From NCBI GenBank assembly GCA_963727485.1, contig CAVSGM010000001.1:274006-338005 (forward strand): a DNA stretch of 64,000 nt, read 5' to 3'. Below the pieces are notes generated by a model that was not told the origin of the DNA, ran no database searches, and saw only the letters and a program-made list of their open reading frames with translations. Positions 1 to 11,862 of the stretch are shown here, piece by piece. Each line of letters opens with the position of its first letter. Positions within the stretch are counted from its first letter, which is position 1. Origin of the DNA: an uncultured delta proteobacterium (lineage in GTDB: Bacteria; Myxococcota; Myxococcia; SLRQ01). Made by a program: the position numbers and the translations under genes.

Positions 1-677
1 GCCAGGTCCGGGACGACGACGGGAAGGTGGTCTCGAAGCGGGGCCCGGAGGCGGTGCGGCAGGTGATCTCCCGGCACACCGCCCGGGAGATGACGCAGAT
101 GATGGAGACGGTGGTCGAGCCCGGGGGCACCGCGCCGCTGGCCGCCGTCCCCGGCTACGTGGTCGCCGGCAAGACCGGGACCAGCCAGAAGGTCGACCCG
201 GTCACCCACGGCTACTCCCTGGAGAAGCGGGTGGGATCCTTCGGGGGCTTTCTCCCCGCGGACGATCCCCGATTGGTGATCCTGGTGGTGATCGACGAGC
301 CTTCGGGGGTGAAGTACGGCGGCATCGTCGCAGCCCCTGCGTTCCGGGAGATCGCCGAGAACGCCATGCGTTACCTGGGCATCCCCCCGTCCCGGCCCGT
401 GGACGACGCCTCGGCCCCCGTGGCCCGGGCGGCGCCTCCCCCGGACGACGGCAGCGACGTGGCGCTGCCCCCGGACCTCACCCCGCCCCCGGCGGGGAAG
501 ACCCTGGTCCCCGACCTCTCGGGCCTCGACCTGCGCCGGGCGGTGGGGCTCCTCGCCTCGCGCCACCTCGAGGCCCGGGTCGACGGCTCGGGCCTCGTCG
601 CCAAGCAGACCCCCGCCGCCGGCGCCATCGTGAGCCCCGGCCAGTCCGTCGCCCTCACCCTCTCGCCCACCGGTTGA
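1..677 (+). CDS. ftsI: Peptidoglycan D,D-transpeptidase FtsI / PBP3-like, C-terminal part (5' truncated by window edge)
   Basis: ORF 27..677 contains the transpeptidase KTG motif (GKTGTS) and a Pro-rich C-terminus. No stop upstream to base 1. Sits directly upstream of murE with a TGA/TTG-ATG overlap, as in dcw clusters. Confidence 0.75.
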   Translation, partial: QVRDDDGKVVSKRGPEAVRQVISRHTAREMTQMMETVVEPGGTAPLAAVPGYVVAGKTGTSQKVDPVTHGYSLEKRVGSFGGFLPADDPRLVILVVIDEPSGVKYGGIVAAPAFREIAENAMRYLGIPPSRPVDDASAPVARAAPPPDDGSDVALPPDLTPPPAGKTLVPDLSGLDLRRAVGLLASRHLEARVDGSGLVAKQTPAAGAIVSPGQSVALTLSPTG

Positions 678-2239
678 CCATGCGCCTCGACCAGGTCCTC
701 CACGGCGTCGACGCCGAAGCCCTCGCCGGCCCTCCACCGGACACGGTGGAGGTGCGCGCGGTGGCCAGCGACTCGAGGCAGGCGGGCCCCGGGGTCCTCT
801 TCGTCGCCGTCCCCGGGACCACCGGCGACGGCCACGCCTACGCCCCCGCGGCGGTGCGCGCCGGGAGCCCGGCGGTGATCGTGGAGCGGCAGGTCGACGG
901 CCTCGCCCCGGCCACCGTCCTCCGGGTCCCGAGCAGCCGGGTGGCCCTGGGCCAAGCCGCGGCCAACCTCCACCACCGCCCGGGCGAGCGCCTGCCCCTG
1001 GTGGGGGTCACCGGGACCAACGGCAAGACCACGGTGACCTGGCTCCTCGAGGCCATCGCCGCCGCCGCGGGCAGGCGGCCCGGGGTCCTCGGCACCACCG
1101 GCCACCGCTTCGCCGGCACCACCCGCGCGGCGACCCACACCACCCCCGGCCCCGAGGCCCTCCAGGCCCTCCTCGCCGAGATGCTCGACGCCGGCGTCGA
1201 CCTGGGGGTGATGGAGGTCAGCAGCCACGCCCTCGATCAGGCCCGGGTCGAGGGGTGCGCCTTCCGGGTGGCGGCGTTCACCAACCTCACCCGGGATCAC
1301 CTCGACTACCACCCGAGCCTCGAGGCCTACTTCGAGGCCAAGGCGCGCCTCTTCGGCCCCTACCTGGCCGACGGCGGCGCCGCGGTGGTCAGCGCCGACG
1401 ACCCGGCGGGGGTGCGCCTCCTCGACCGCCTCGCCGGCCGCCCGGTGCGCCGGATCGCCACCTCGGTGGCCCCGGCCCGCACCGAGCTCGCCGTGACCCC
1501 CGGCCCCGCCGGCGACGTCGAGTGGGTGCGCGCCGAGTCGGCGCAGGTGGGCCTCGAGGGGATCCGGGCCCAGGTCGCCCTCCCCTCCGGCCGGGTCCTG
1601 GCGCTGACCTCGCCGTTGACCGGGGTCCACAACCTCCAGAACCTCCTCACCGCCGTGGGCCTCGCGGTGGCCCTCGGGCTCCCGGACGACGCCATCGCCA
1701 GGGGCCTGGCCACCTGCCCCGGGGCCCCCGGGCGCCTTGAGCGGGTCGCCGACAAGGCGTCGCCCCCGCGCCACGTCTTCGTGGACTACGCCCACACCGA
1801 CGACGCCCTCGCCCGGGTCATCGGGGCCCTCCGGGAGCTCTCGCCCGCCGGCACCCGCCTGGTGGTGGTCTTCGGCTGCGGCGGCGACCGGGACCCGGGC
1901 AAGCGCCCGCTCATGGGGAAGGCCGCCTGCGGGGGCGACACGGTGGTGGTCACCTCGGACAACCCCCGGTCCGAGGATCCCAGGGCCATCATCGACGACA
2001 TCCTCCCGGGGATGGACCCGAACACCCCCCGGGCCGTGGAGCCCGACCGGCGGCGCGCCATCGAGCTGGCGGTGGGCCTCGCCCGCCCCGGCGACGTGGT
2101 GCTGGTGGCCGGCAAGGGGCACGAGACCACGCAGACCGCGGGCGGTGTCGCCCGCCCCTTCGACGACCGGGTGGTGTGCGCAGGCGCCCTCGCCGCCGTG
2201 GCACCCGGGACACGAGAGGTCGAGAAACCCCAGCCCTGA
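674..2239 (+). CDS. murE: UDP-N-acetylmuramoyl-L-alanyl-D-glutamate--2,6-diaminopimelate ligase MurE
   Basis: 521 aa. Mur ligase ATP-binding P-loop GVTGTNGKTTVT, conserved Mur ligase middle and C domains. Position between ftsI and murF. Start TTG 674 or ATG 680. Confidence 0.9.
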   Translation: MTMRLDQVLHGVDAEALAGPPPDTVEVRAVASDSRQAGPGVLFVAVPGTTGDGHAYAPAAVRAGSPAVIVERQVDGLAPATVLRVPSSRVALGQAAANLHHRPGERLPLVGVTGTNGKTTVTWLLEAIAAAAGRRPGVLGTTGHRFAGTTRAATHTTPGPEALQALLAEMLDAGVDLGVMEVSSHALDQARVEGCAFRVAAFTNLTRDHLDYHPSLEAYFEAKARLFGPYLADGGAAVVSADDPAGVRLLDRLAGRPVRRIATSVAPARTELAVTPGPAGDVEWVRAESAQVGLEGIRAQVALPSGRVLALTSPLTGVHNLQNLLTAVGLAVALGLPDDAIARGLATCPGAPGRLERVADKASPPRHVFVDYAHTDDALARVIGALRELSPAGTRLVVVFGCGGDRDPGKRPLMGKAACGGDTVVVTSDNPRSEDPRAIIDDILPGMDPNTPRAVEPDRRRAIELAVGLARPGDVVLVAGKGHETTQTAGGVARPFDDRVVCAGALAAVAPGTREVEKPQP

Positions 2240-2323
2240 CGCCCGGGTCCGCCCTGGCGCAGAGGCTGCAAACCATAGGATGACCGCACCCGCCGGGTGC
2301 AACAGGTCGCGACAGAGACGTAC

Positions 2324-3791
2324 ATGGCCGTCTTCACCCTCGACGAGATCCTCCGCGCCACCGGGGCGCGGCACCGGCCCGCCGCCACGGCGACGGGCAC
2401 GGCGTGCGCCGGTGTGTCCACCGACACCCGGACCCTCGAGCCCGGGGACCTCTTCGTGGCCCTCGCGGGCGAGCGCTTCGACGGCCACCGCTTCCTGGAG
2501 AAGGTCGCCGAGCGCGGGGCCTACGGGGCGGTGGTGGAGAAGGGTCACCCGGCCGTCGACGCCGCCGCCGGGGAGCTCGCCCTCTTCGAGGTCTTCGACA
2601 CCCTCCGGGCCCTCGGCGATCTCGGCCGCCTTCCACCGCGGGCGCCTCGCCCGGGTCCCGGTGGTCGCCATCACCGGCTCCAACGGGAAGACCACCACCA
2701 AGGAGCTCACCGCCGCCGCCCTCGGCGCCGCCCTCGGTCCCGGGCTCAAGACCCGCGGCAACCTCAACAACCTCATCGGCGTGCCCCTCACCCTCTTCGG
2801 CCTCGAGCCCGACCACCCGTTCGCGGTGGTGGAGATGGGCATGAACGCCCTGGGCGAGATCGCGCGGCTCACCGAGATCGCCGAGCCGAGGGTGGGCGTC
2901 ATCACCGGCGCCGGGCCGGTGCACCTCGAGGGGCTGGGGACGGTGGACCGGGTGGCCCAGGCCAAGAGCGAGCTCTACCGGGGGCTGGCCGACGGGGCCA
3001 CCTGCGTGGTGAACCTCGACGACCCCCGGCTCCCGGCGCTCGCCGACGCCGCCGGGGCGGGCACGCGCCTGGTGCAGGTGACCTTCGGCACCGGGGCCGG
3101 CGCCGACTTCCGCCCGCTGGACGTGGTCCAGGACGCCGAGGCCGGCCTTGGCTTCGAGGTCGAGGTGAGCGCGCGCTTCGGGGGCGGGCGCCTCCCGGTG
3201 CGCCTCCCGCTCCTGGGGATCCACAACGCCCTCAACGCCTGCGCCGCGCTGGCCGCCGCCGCGGCCCTGGGCGCCGACCTCGAGGCCGCCGCCGCGGGCC
3301 TGGCGCAGGTCGAGGGGGTGGGGCGGCGGCTGCGCCGGGCCGAGGGGCCCCGGGGGAGCCTCCTCCTCGACGACTGCTACAACGCCAACCTCGCCTCCAT
3401 GGAGGCGGCGCTGGCCACCGGGCGCGCCGTCGCCGACGCCCGGGGCGGGCGCCTCATCGCCGCCCTCGGGGACATGCTCGAGCTCGGTGGCGCCGAGGCG
3501 AGGATGCACCGCCGCCTCGGCGAGCTCGCCGCCGAGGCCGGGGTCGCCACCCTGGTCGCCTTCGGGCCAAGGGCCCAGGCGGCCCATGACGCCGCCGGCG
3601 ACGCCGTGCCCCGGCGCCTCCACACCGACGATCCCGCCGCCGCCGCCGCCTTCCTCGCCGAGGGCCTCGCCCCCGCCGACGTGGTGCTGATCAAGGGCAG
3701 CCGGGGGATGGCCATGGAGCGCATCGTCGAGCGCCTCGAGGTCGGCGCCGCGGCCACCGCCCCGGCTCCGGGGAAGGGAGGCCGCCGATGA
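2324..3791 (+). CDS. murF: UDP-N-acetylmuramoyl-tripeptide--D-alanyl-D-alanine ligase MurF; reading frame broken by an apparent +1 single-base insertion near 2624
   Basis: The N-terminal ~100 aa (MAVFTLDEIL...TDTRTLEPGDLFVALAGERFDGHRF...ALGDL) are in frame 2. The rest (AAFHRGRLARVPVVAITGSNGKTTTKEL... to the stop at 3791) is in frame 0. Deleting one G from ctcgGccgcc (2621-2630) restores a canonical full-length MurF of about 488 aa. Stop overlaps the mraY ATG (ATGA). Confidence 0.85.
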
Positions 3792-4927
3792 TCTACTGGC
3801 TCCTCTACCCCTTGGCCGGCCGGTTCCCGGTGTTCAACGTCCTGCGCTACCCGAGCTTCCGGATGATCATGGCCGGGCTCACCGCGCTCCTGTTCAGCCT
3901 GCTCCTCGGGCCCTGGTTCATCGAGCGCCTCCGGGTCGCCCAGCACGGCATGGACACCGTGCGCGAGGACACCCCCGAGAACCACCAGAAGAAGCGCGGC
4001 ACCCCGTCCATGGGCGGCCTGCTGATCCTGGCGGCGCTGCTCCTGGGCACCCTGCTCTGGGCCATCCCGACCAGCCCCCTGGTGTGGACGGTGGTCACGG
4101 TGACCGTGGGCTTCGGCGCCGTGGGCTTCGCCGACGACTGGATGAAGTTCCGCAACCGCTCCAAGGGCGTCCCCGGGAAGCTCAAGCTCCTCATCGAGGC
4201 GGCCATCACCGCGGTGGCCATCTACGCCTTCCTCACCGACCACCACCTCATCTTCTCCAGCCACTTCCCCTTCGCCACCGTCGGCTTCCGGCTCGACACC
4301 CACGTGGCCTTCCCCTTCGTGGCCACCCACACCTTCAACCCCAACCTCGGGTGGGCCTACCCCCTCTTCGCCCTCTTCGTGGTCATGGGGACCGGCAACG
4401 CGGTGAACCTCACCGACGGCCTCGACGGGCTCGCCATCGGCCCCACCATCGTCGCCGCCGTGACCTGGCTGGTGCTCGCCTACGCCGCGGGCACGGTCAT
4501 CGCCGGGTTCAACATCGCCGAGTACCTCTACATCCCCCACATCGCCGGGGCCGAGGAGCTCTCCGTCTACGCCGCGGCCATGGCCGGGGCCGGGGTCGGC
4601 TTCCTCTGGTACAACACCTACCCCGCGTCGGTGTTCATGGGCGACGTGGGGTCCCTGGCGCTGGGCGGCGGCCTGGGGATGCTGGCGGTGCTCACCAAGA
4701 ACGAGCTGGTGAGCGCCATCGTCCACGGGGTGTTCCTCCTCGAGGCCCTCTCGGTGATCCTCCAGGTGGCCTCGTTCAAGTCCACCGGGCGCCGGGTGTT
4801 CCGGATGGCGCCGGTGCACCACCACTTCGAGCTCAAGGGGTGGGCCGAGCCGAAGATCATCGTCCGCTTCTGGATCACCTCCATCATCCTCGCCGGGGTG
4901 GCGATCGCGGGGCTCAAGCTGCGATGA
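3788..4927 (+). CDS. mraY: Phospho-N-acetylmuramoyl-pentapeptide transferase MraY
   Basis: 379 aa polytopic membrane protein with classic MraY motifs (NxxNxTDGLDGLA, ...HHHFE...). Position in dcw cluster. Confidence 0.93.
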   Translation: MIYWLLYPLAGRFPVFNVLRYPSFRMIMAGLTALLFSLLLGPWFIERLRVAQHGMDTVREDTPENHQKKRGTPSMGGLLILAALLLGTLLWAIPTSPLVWTVVTVTVGFGAVGFADDWMKFRNRSKGVPGKLKLLIEAAITAVAIYAFLTDHHLIFSSHFPFATVGFRLDTHVAFPFVATHTFNPNLGWAYPLFALFVVMGTGNAVNLTDGLDGLAIGPTIVAAVTWLVLAYAAGTVIAGFNIAEYLYIPHIAGAEELSVYAAAMAGAGVGFLWYNTYPASVFMGDVGSLALGGGLGMLAVLTKNELVSAIVHGVFLLEALSVILQVASFKSTGRRVFRMAPVHHHFELKGWAEPKIIVRFWITSIILAGVAIAGLKLR

Positions 4928-6306
4928 CCGCGAAGCTCACCTACGGTCCGCCCTACGCCCTCGAGGGCCTCAAGGTGCTGGTGGTCGGCCTGGGCCGCTC
5001 GGGCCTCGCCGCGGCGCGCCTCTGCGCCCGGGAGGGGGCCACCGTGGTCGCCACCGATCGGCGCCCGGCCGCCGACCTCGACCTGGCGCTGCTCACCGGT
5101 CTCGAGGTGGAGCTGGTCCTCGGGGCGCACCGGGAGGCCGACTTCACCGGCGCCGACCTCGTGGTCCTCTCCCCGGGCGTGCCCCTGGCGGCGCCGATGG
5201 TCCAGGCGGCGGTGGACGCCTTGGTCCCGGTCCTGGGCGAGGTCGAGCTGGCGGCGAGCTTCCTCACCGGCATCCCGGCCATCGCCATCACCGGCACCAA
5301 CGGCAAGAGCACCACCACCGCGCTCGTCGGCCGGATCCTCGAGGCCGGTGGCCTGCGCCCCTTCGTCGGGGGGAACCTCGGCCGGGCCCTCTCCGAGGCG
5401 GCGCTGGCCGGCGAGAAGCCCAGGTCCCTGGTCCTCGAGCTCTCCAGCTTCCAGCTGGAGACCACCGCGCGCTTCCACCCCCAGGTGGCGGTGGTCCTTA
5501 ACCTCACCCCCGACCACCTCGACCGTCACGGGGACCTCGCCGGCTACGCCGCCGCCAAGGCGCGGATCTTCGCCGCCCAGACCGCCGGCGACCACGCGGT
5601 GGTCAACGGCGACGACCCCAGGGTCAGAGGCCTCGCCGCGAACGGCGCCGCCACCGTCCACCGCTTCGGCGTGGGCGAGCCCGCGCCCGGCGGCTGCGGC
5701 ATGGTCGACGGCGCGCTGGTCCTCGACCGACCGGGCGAGGCCGAGGAGCGCTACCGGGTGGACGGCCCGTCCCTCCGCGGACCCCACAACCTCGCCAACG
5801 CCGCCGCCGCGGTCCTCGCCGCCCGGTGCCTGGGCCTCGCCCCCGACGCGATCCAGTCCGGCCTCGACACCTTCCGGGGCCTGCCCCACCGCCTGGAGTC
5901 GGTGCGCAGCCGGGGCGGCATCGAGTGGGTGAACGACTCCAAGGCCACCAACCTCGAGTCGGCGCGCACGGCGCTCAACGCCTTCGACCACGGGGTCGTC
6001 TGGATTGCCGGGGGCCGGGGCAAGGGCGCGCCCTACGCCCCCCTCGCCGAGGTGGTGGGCGGCCGGGTCAAGGCGCTGCTCGGCATCGGCGAGGACGGGC
6101 CGGTGATCGCCGAGGCCCTCGCCGACGCCGTGGACGGACCGGTGGAGGTGGTGGGCACCCTGGAGGCGGCGGTGGCCCGGGCCGCCCAGCTCGCCGGCGC
6201 CGGCGACGTGGTCCTCCTCTCGCCGGCCTGCGCCTCCTACGACCAGTTCACCGACTACGAGGCGCGGGGCACCCGGTTCAAGCACCTGGTGGAGGCGCTG
6301 CCATGA
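4924..6306 (+). CDS. murD: UDP-N-acetylmuramoylalanine--D-glutamate ligase MurD
   Basis: In-frame ATG at 4924 overlapping the mraY stop. 460 aa. N-terminal Rossmann GLGRSG and Mur ligase P-loop ITGTNGKSTTT. The long 740-aa ORF in the track is an upstream out-of-gene extension. Confidence 0.92.
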   Translation: MTAKLTYGPPYALEGLKVLVVGLGRSGLAAARLCAREGATVVATDRRPAADLDLALLTGLEVELVLGAHREADFTGADLVVLSPGVPLAAPMVQAAVDALVPVLGEVELAASFLTGIPAIAITGTNGKSTTTALVGRILEAGGLRPFVGGNLGRALSEAALAGEKPRSLVLELSSFQLETTARFHPQVAVVLNLTPDHLDRHGDLAGYAAAKARIFAAQTAGDHAVVNGDDPRVRGLAANGAATVHRFGVGEPAPGGCGMVDGALVLDRPGEAEERYRVDGPSLRGPHNLANAAAAVLAARCLGLAPDAIQSGLDTFRGLPHRLESVRSRGGIEWVNDSKATNLESARTALNAFDHGVVWIAGGRGKGAPYAPLAEVVGGRVKALLGIGEDGPVIAEALADAVDGPVEVVGTLEAAVARAAQLAGAGDVVLLSPACASYDQFTDYEARGTRFKHLVEALP

Positions 6307-7427
6307 ACGAGCGCCGCATCGATCTGGTGCTCCTGTGCACCGTCCTCGCCCTGGCCGCCATCGGGGTGGTGATGGTCTACTCGGCGAGCGCGGTCTTCGC
6401 CGGCAAGACCCTCGGCGACCCGACCTTCTTCCTCAGGCGCCAGCTGGTGGCCCTGGCCATCGGCCTGTTGGGGATGGCGGCGATGGTGCGCCTCGGTCAT
6501 GAGCGCCTCCGCCAGCTGGGACCCATGGCGCTGCTGGTGGCGATGGTGGCCCTCATCGCCATCTTCGTCCCCGGCCTCGGCCACGCCGCCGGCGGCGCCC
6601 GGCGCTGGGTGCACCTGGGCCCGGTGAACTTCCAGCCCTCCGAGCTCGCCAAGCCCGCGCTCATCCTCTACCTCGCCTGGTCGCTGTCCCGGAAGCAGGA
6701 CCGGATGACCGACTTCAAGGCGGGCTTTCTGGGGCCGGTGCTCATCGCCGGGATCCCCATCGGCCTCATCCTCCTCCAGCCCGACTTCGGCACCGCGGTG
6801 TCGCTGGCCCTGGTGGTCTGCGTGATGCTCTTCGTCGCCGGCGCCCGGGTGAGCTACCTGATGGGCGCCGGGCTCCTGGCCCTGCCGGTGGTCTACCACC
6901 TGGTCGCCAGCACCCCCTACCGGATGCGCCGGATCATGGCCTTCCTCGACCCCTGGTCGACCCGCCACGACGCCGGCTACCAGGTCGCCGAGTCGCTGAT
7001 CTCCATCGGCTCCGGGGGGCTGGCCGGCGTCGGCCTCGGCGACGGACGCCAGAAGCTCTTCTTCCTCCCCGAGGCCCACACCGACTTCATCTACTCCATC
7101 ATCGGCGAGGAGCTCGGCCTCATCGGCACCGTGCTCATCATCGTCCTCTTCGCGCTCTTGGTGTGGCGGGGCCTCAAGGCCGCCTACGCCGCCGAGGACG
7201 CCTTCGGGGCCTACCTCGCCCTGGGGCTCACCGCCATCCTCGGTCTCCAGGCGAGCCTCAACATGGCCGTGGCCATGGGGCTGCTGCCCACCAAGGGCCT
7301 CACGCTCCCCTTCATCTCCTACGGGGGCACCAGCCTGGTCCTGTCGCTGGTGGCGGCGGGGATATTGCTCGCGGTCTCCGCCGGGCGCGGCGGGTACCTC
7401 AAGCCCGAGCCGGGGGCCAGGCGATGA
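6303..7427 (+). CDS. ftsW: Peptidoglycan glycosyltransferase FtsW (SEDS family)
   Basis: 374 aa, about 10 TM helices, SEDS-family conserved segments ([19 protein letters not shown]). ATG 6303 overlaps the murD stop. Confidence 0.9.
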   Translation: MNERRIDLVLLCTVLALAAIGVVMVYSASAVFAGKTLGDPTFFLRRQLVALAIGLLGMAAMVRLGHERLRQLGPMALLVAMVALIAIFVPGLGHAAGGARRWVHLGPVNFQPSELAKPALILYLAWSLSRKQDRMTDFKAGFLGPVLIAGIPIGLILLQPDFGTAVSLALVVCVMLFVAGARVSYLMGAGLLALPVVYHLVASTPYRMRRIMAFLDPWSTRHDAGYQVAESLISIGSGGLAGVGLGDGRQKLFFLPEAHTDFIYSIIGEELGLIGTVLIIVLFALLVWRGLKAAYAAEDAFGAYLALGLTAILGLQASLNMAVAMGLLPTKGLTLPFISYGGTSLVLSLVAAGILLAVSAGRGGYLKPEPGARR

Positions 7428-8575
7428 CCCTGCGCGTCCTCATCACCGGTGGCGGCACCGGCGGCCACGTGTTCCCGGGGATCGCCCTCGCCGAGGAGTT
7501 CTCCACCCGGCACCACGAGAACGAGGTCCTCTTCGTGGGGACCGAGCGGGGCATCGAGCGCGAGGCGGTGCCCCGGGCCGGCTACCCCATCGAGTTCATC
7601 GAGGTGGTGGGCCTCAAGCGCAAGGGCGTCCTGGGCCTGGCGCGTGGCCTCCTGCGGCTGCCGCGGGCCCTGTTCCAGGCCCTGGGCATCGTGCGCCGCT
7701 ACCGGCCGGGGATCGTCATCGCCGTGGGGGGCTACGCCAGTGGCCCGGTGGCGCTGGCGGCCTGGCTGCTGCGGGTGCCGGTGGTGGTCCAGGAGCAGAA
7801 CGCGCTGCCGGGGCTCACCACGCGGGTGGTCTCCCGCTTCGCCCGGCGGATCTTCGTCGCCTTCGAGGCGGCGCGGTCCCACCTCCCGGCGCGCAAGGTG
7901 CTCCTCACCGGCAACCCCATCCGCCAGGCGTTGATGGAGAACTTCCTCCGCCCCACGCCCCCGCGGCCGGCCGACGCCGCGCCGGGGCTCCTGGTCTTCG
8001 GGGGCAGCCAGGGCGCCCGGGCCCTCAACGAGGCCCTGGTGGGCGCGGTGGGCCAGCTGCGCGCGCGCTTCCCCAACCTCAAGGTGGTGCACCAGACCGG
8101 CGAGCGGGAGCACGACACCGTGGTCGCCGCCTACCGGGAGGCCGGGCTCCTGGAGACCGTCGACGTGCGCCCCTTCATCCACGAGATGTCCGAGGCCTAC
8201 GCCGACTGCGACGTGGTGGTCTGCCGCGCCGGGGCCACCACCCTGGCCGAGATCACCGTGTGCAAGAAGGCGTCGATCCTGGTGCCCTTCCCCTTCGCCG
8301 CCGACGACCACCAGACCGTCAACGCGAAGGCGCTGGCCGACGCCGGGGCGGCGGTGCTCCTGCCCCAGGGAGAGCTCACCCCCGAGCGCCTCGCCGGCGA
8401 GGTGGCCGGCCTCCTCGGCGATGCCGGGCGCCGGAAGGCCATGGAGCGCGCCGCCGGCCTCATGGGTCACCCCGAGGCCGCCCGGGAGATCGCCGACGTC
8501 TGCGTGGAGACCTGGGTCGCCGCCGGCGGCCTGGAGCGCGAGCGGCGCCAGCTTCGCAACGGGGAGGGCGGCTAG
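7424..8575 (+). CDS. murG: UDP-N-acetylglucosamine--N-acetylmuramyl-(pentapeptide) pyrophosphoryl-undecaprenol GlcNAc transferase MurG
   Basis: 383 aa. N-terminal [19 protein letters not shown] motif and GT28 C-terminal domain. ATG 7424 overlaps the ftsW stop. Confidence 0.92.
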   Translation: MTLRVLITGGGTGGHVFPGIALAEEFSTRHHENEVLFVGTERGIEREAVPRAGYPIEFIEVVGLKRKGVLGLARGLLRLPRALFQALGIVRRYRPGIVIAVGGYASGPVALAAWLLRVPVVVQEQNALPGLTTRVVSRFARRIFVAFEAARSHLPARKVLLTGNPIRQALMENFLRPTPPRPADAAPGLLVFGGSQGARALNEALVGAVGQLRARFPNLKVVHQTGEREHDTVVAAYREAGLLETVDVRPFIHEMSEAYADCDVVVCRAGATTLAEITVCKKASILVPFPFAADDHQTVNAKALADAGAAVLLPQGELTPERLAGEVAGLLGDAGRRKAMERAAGLMGHPEAAREIADVCVETWVAAGGLERERRQLRNGEGG

Positions 8576-8577
8576 CC

Positions 8578-9978
8578 ATGGTCATGTTCCACGGCAAGGC
8601 GAGCCGCATCCACTTCGTGGGCATCGGCGGCATCGGGATGAGCGGCATCGCCGAGGTGCTCCTGAACCTGGGCTACGCGGTCACCGGCTCCGACCTCAAG
8701 CAGAGCGACACCACCCGCAGGCTCGAAGGCTTCGGCGCCAGCATCGTGAGGGGCCATGACCCGGCCCAGGTCGAAGGCGCCGACGTGGTGGTCATCTCCA
8801 GCGCCGTGCCCCGGACCAACCCCGAGGTGGTCGAGGCGAGGCGCCTGGGGATCCCCGTCATCCCCCGGGCGGAGATGCTCGCCGAGCTGATGCGCCTGAA
8901 GTACGGCGTCGCCGTGGGCGGCTCCCACGGCAAGACCACCACCACCTCCATGGTCGCCCACCTCCTCCAGGCCGGGGGCCTCGATCCCACGGTGGTCGTC
9001 GGCGGCAAGGTCAACACCCTTGGCACCAACGCCCGGGTGGGGCAGGGCGACTACCTGGTCGCCGAGGCCGACGAGAGCGACGGGAGCTTCTTGGTCTACG
9101 CGCCCACCATCGCCGTGGTCACCAACATCGACGCCGAGCACCTGGACCACTACGGCTCCATGGAGGCCCTGCGCGAGGCCTTCCTCCGCTTCGTCAACCG
9201 CCTGCCCTTCTACGGCCTGGCGGTGCTCTGCCTCGACCACCCCGAGGTGCAGCACCTGTTGCCCCGGGTGGAGAAGCGCCACGTCACCTACGGCGCCGCC
9301 TCCCAGGCCGACTGGCAGCTCGGCGAGGTGCGCTACCAGGGGATGCGCGCCGAGTTCGAGGTGGGCCTGCGCGGTGAGGCCCTGGGCACCTACGCCCTCC
9401 CCATGGTCGGCCGGCACAACGTCCTCAACGCCCTGGCGGCGCTGGCCGTCGCCGAGGAGATGGGCGTCCCCCGGGAGGTGGCCCGGGAGGCGCTGGCCAC
9501 CTTCGCCGGGGTGCAGCGGCGGTTCACCGTCCGCGGCGAGGTCGACGGAGTCACGGTGGTCGACGACTACGGCCACCACCCGGCGGAGATCCAGGCGGTG
9601 CTCAAGGGTGCCCGCAACGTCTTCGACCGGCGCATCGTCGCCGTGTTCCAGCCCCATCGCTACACCCGCACCCGGGACTGCCTCGACGGGTTCGCGATGA
9701 GCTTCAACGACGCGGACCTGGTCTGCGTCACCGACATCTACGCCGCCGGCGAGTCGCCCCTCGAAGGGGTGAGCGCCGAGGGGCTGGTCGACGCCATCCG
9801 CCGCCACGGCCACCGGGACGTGACCCACACCGGCGATCTCGAGCGCACCGTCGCCGAGCTCGCCCCGCGGATCCGCGAGGGCGACCTGGTGATCACCTTC
9901 GGCGCCGGGGACGTGTGGAAGGTCGGCACCGCCCTCCTCGAGCACCTGCGCGCGGGCCACGGGGAGGCGGCGTCATGA
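8578..9978 (+). CDS. murC: UDP-N-acetylmuramate--L-alanine ligase MurC
   Basis: 466 aa. [18 protein letters not shown]-terminus, P-loop [12 protein letters not shown], Mur ligase C-domain. Confidence 0.92.
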   Translation: MVMFHGKASRIHFVGIGGIGMSGIAEVLLNLGYAVTGSDLKQSDTTRRLEGFGASIVRGHDPAQVEGADVVVISSAVPRTNPEVVEARRLGIPVIPRAEMLAELMRLKYGVAVGGSHGKTTTTSMVAHLLQAGGLDPTVVVGGKVNTLGTNARVGQGDYLVAEADESDGSFLVYAPTIAVVTNIDAEHLDHYGSMEALREAFLRFVNRLPFYGLAVLCLDHPEVQHLLPRVEKRHVTYGAASQADWQLGEVRYQGMRAEFEVGLRGEALGTYALPMVGRHNVLNALAALAVAEEMGVPREVAREALATFAGVQRRFTVRGEVDGVTVVDDYGHHPAEIQAVLKGARNVFDRRIVAVFQPHRYTRTRDCLDGFAMSFNDADLVCVTDIYAAGESPLEGVSAEGLVDAIRRHGHRDVTHTGDLERTVAELAPRIREGDLVITFGAGDVWKVGTALLEHLRAGHGEAAS

Positions 9979-10916
9979 CCCGGGCCGCGACCCTGAGCAC
10001 CCTCGCCTGGCGGGACGACCTGGCGTCGACGGTGAAGGGCACCCTCCTCGCCGACGAGCCCCTGGCGCGCCACACCACGCTCGCCATCGGCGGCCCCGCC
10101 GAGGCCTGGTTCGAGCCGGCGGACACCGCGGATCTCGCCGGTGCCCTGTCGCTGGTGCGCCGGGCCCGGGTGCCCTACTGCGTGGTCGGCGGCGGCTCCA
10201 ACCTCCTGGTCGGCGACCGCGGGGTGCGGGGCCTGGTGGTCCACCTCGGCCGGGACTCCTCCCAGGTGGAGGAGACGGAGACCGACGGCGGCGTCCGCGT
10301 GGTCTACCCCGCGGGGATGCCCACCAGCATGGTGCGCCGCCACGCCCGGGAGCGGGGGCTCATCGGCCCCGAGTTCCTCATCGGCATCCCCGGGACCCTC
10401 GGCGGCGCCATCCAGATGAACGCCGGCACCCGCCTGGGGGAGATGGTCGACGTGGTCGCCGGCGCCGAGGTGGCGCTCCCCGAGGGGCCGCGGTGGCTCT
10501 CCGCCGAGGACTTCGGCTTCGCCTACCGGCAGGCCACCGTGCCCGAGGGCGGCGTCGTCACCCGCATCGCCCTCAACCTGAAGCGCGCCACCACCGAGGC
10601 GGCCGCCGCCGCCCGGGACGCCGCCAAGAACGAGCTGAAGCAGCGCCACGCCACCCAGCCCAAGGGAAAGAGCGCCGGCTCCATCTTCAAGAATCCCCCC
10701 GGCGACCACGCCGGCAGGCTCATCGAAGAGGTGGGCCTCAAGGGCCGTCGCGTCGGGGGCGCGGTGGTCAGCGAGGTCCACGCGAACTTCATCCTCAACG
10801 ACGGCGGCGCCACCGCCCGGGACGTCCTCGCGCTCATCGAGGTCTGCCGGGACACGGTGGCGCTGGCCACCGGGGTGTTCCTCGAGCTCGAGGTCCGCCT
10901 CCTGGGAAGCTTCTGA
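9975..10916 (+). CDS. murB: UDP-N-acetylenolpyruvoylglucosamine reductase MurB
   Basis: 313 aa from ATG 9975, overlapping the murC stop. FAD-binding PCMH domain (GGGSNLLV) and MurB C-terminal domain. Confidence 0.9.
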   Translation: MTRAATLSTLAWRDDLASTVKGTLLADEPLARHTTLAIGGPAEAWFEPADTADLAGALSLVRRARVPYCVVGGGSNLLVGDRGVRGLVVHLGRDSSQVEETETDGGVRVVYPAGMPTSMVRRHARERGLIGPEFLIGIPGTLGGAIQMNAGTRLGEMVDVVAGAEVALPEGPRWLSAEDFGFAYRQATVPEGGVVTRIALNLKRATTEAAAAARDAAKNELKQRHATQPKGKSAGSIFKNPPGDHAGRLIEEVGLKGRRVGGAVVSEVHANFILNDGGATARDVLALIEVCRDTVALATGVFLELEVRLLGSF

Positions 10917-10918
10917 TC

Positions 10919-11857
<939 letters not shown>

Positions 11858-11862
11858 CGATC

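Noticed and set aside
2297-2326. GTG at 2297 as murF start (as in the ORF track)
   Set aside because: The ATG at 2324 gives an N-terminus (MAVFTLDEIL) matching MurF proteins. The upstream GTG extension adds 9 non-conserved residues.
371-2965. 864-aa minus-strand ORF antisense to murE/murF, and many similar long antisense or off-frame ORFs (e.g. 3377-4825, 4618-6285, 7319-8470, 8572-9960, 13270-15303, 18973-21531 +, 26883-29168 +, 51537-52919 +, 53343-55538 +, 55394-56698 +)
   Set aside because: Typical high-GC artifacts. Their translations are Gly/Arg/Pro/Glu/Ala-rich with few aromatics and no recognisable motifs. Each overlaps a same-locus ORF on the other strand or frame that has clear family signatures, TM profiles or operon context.
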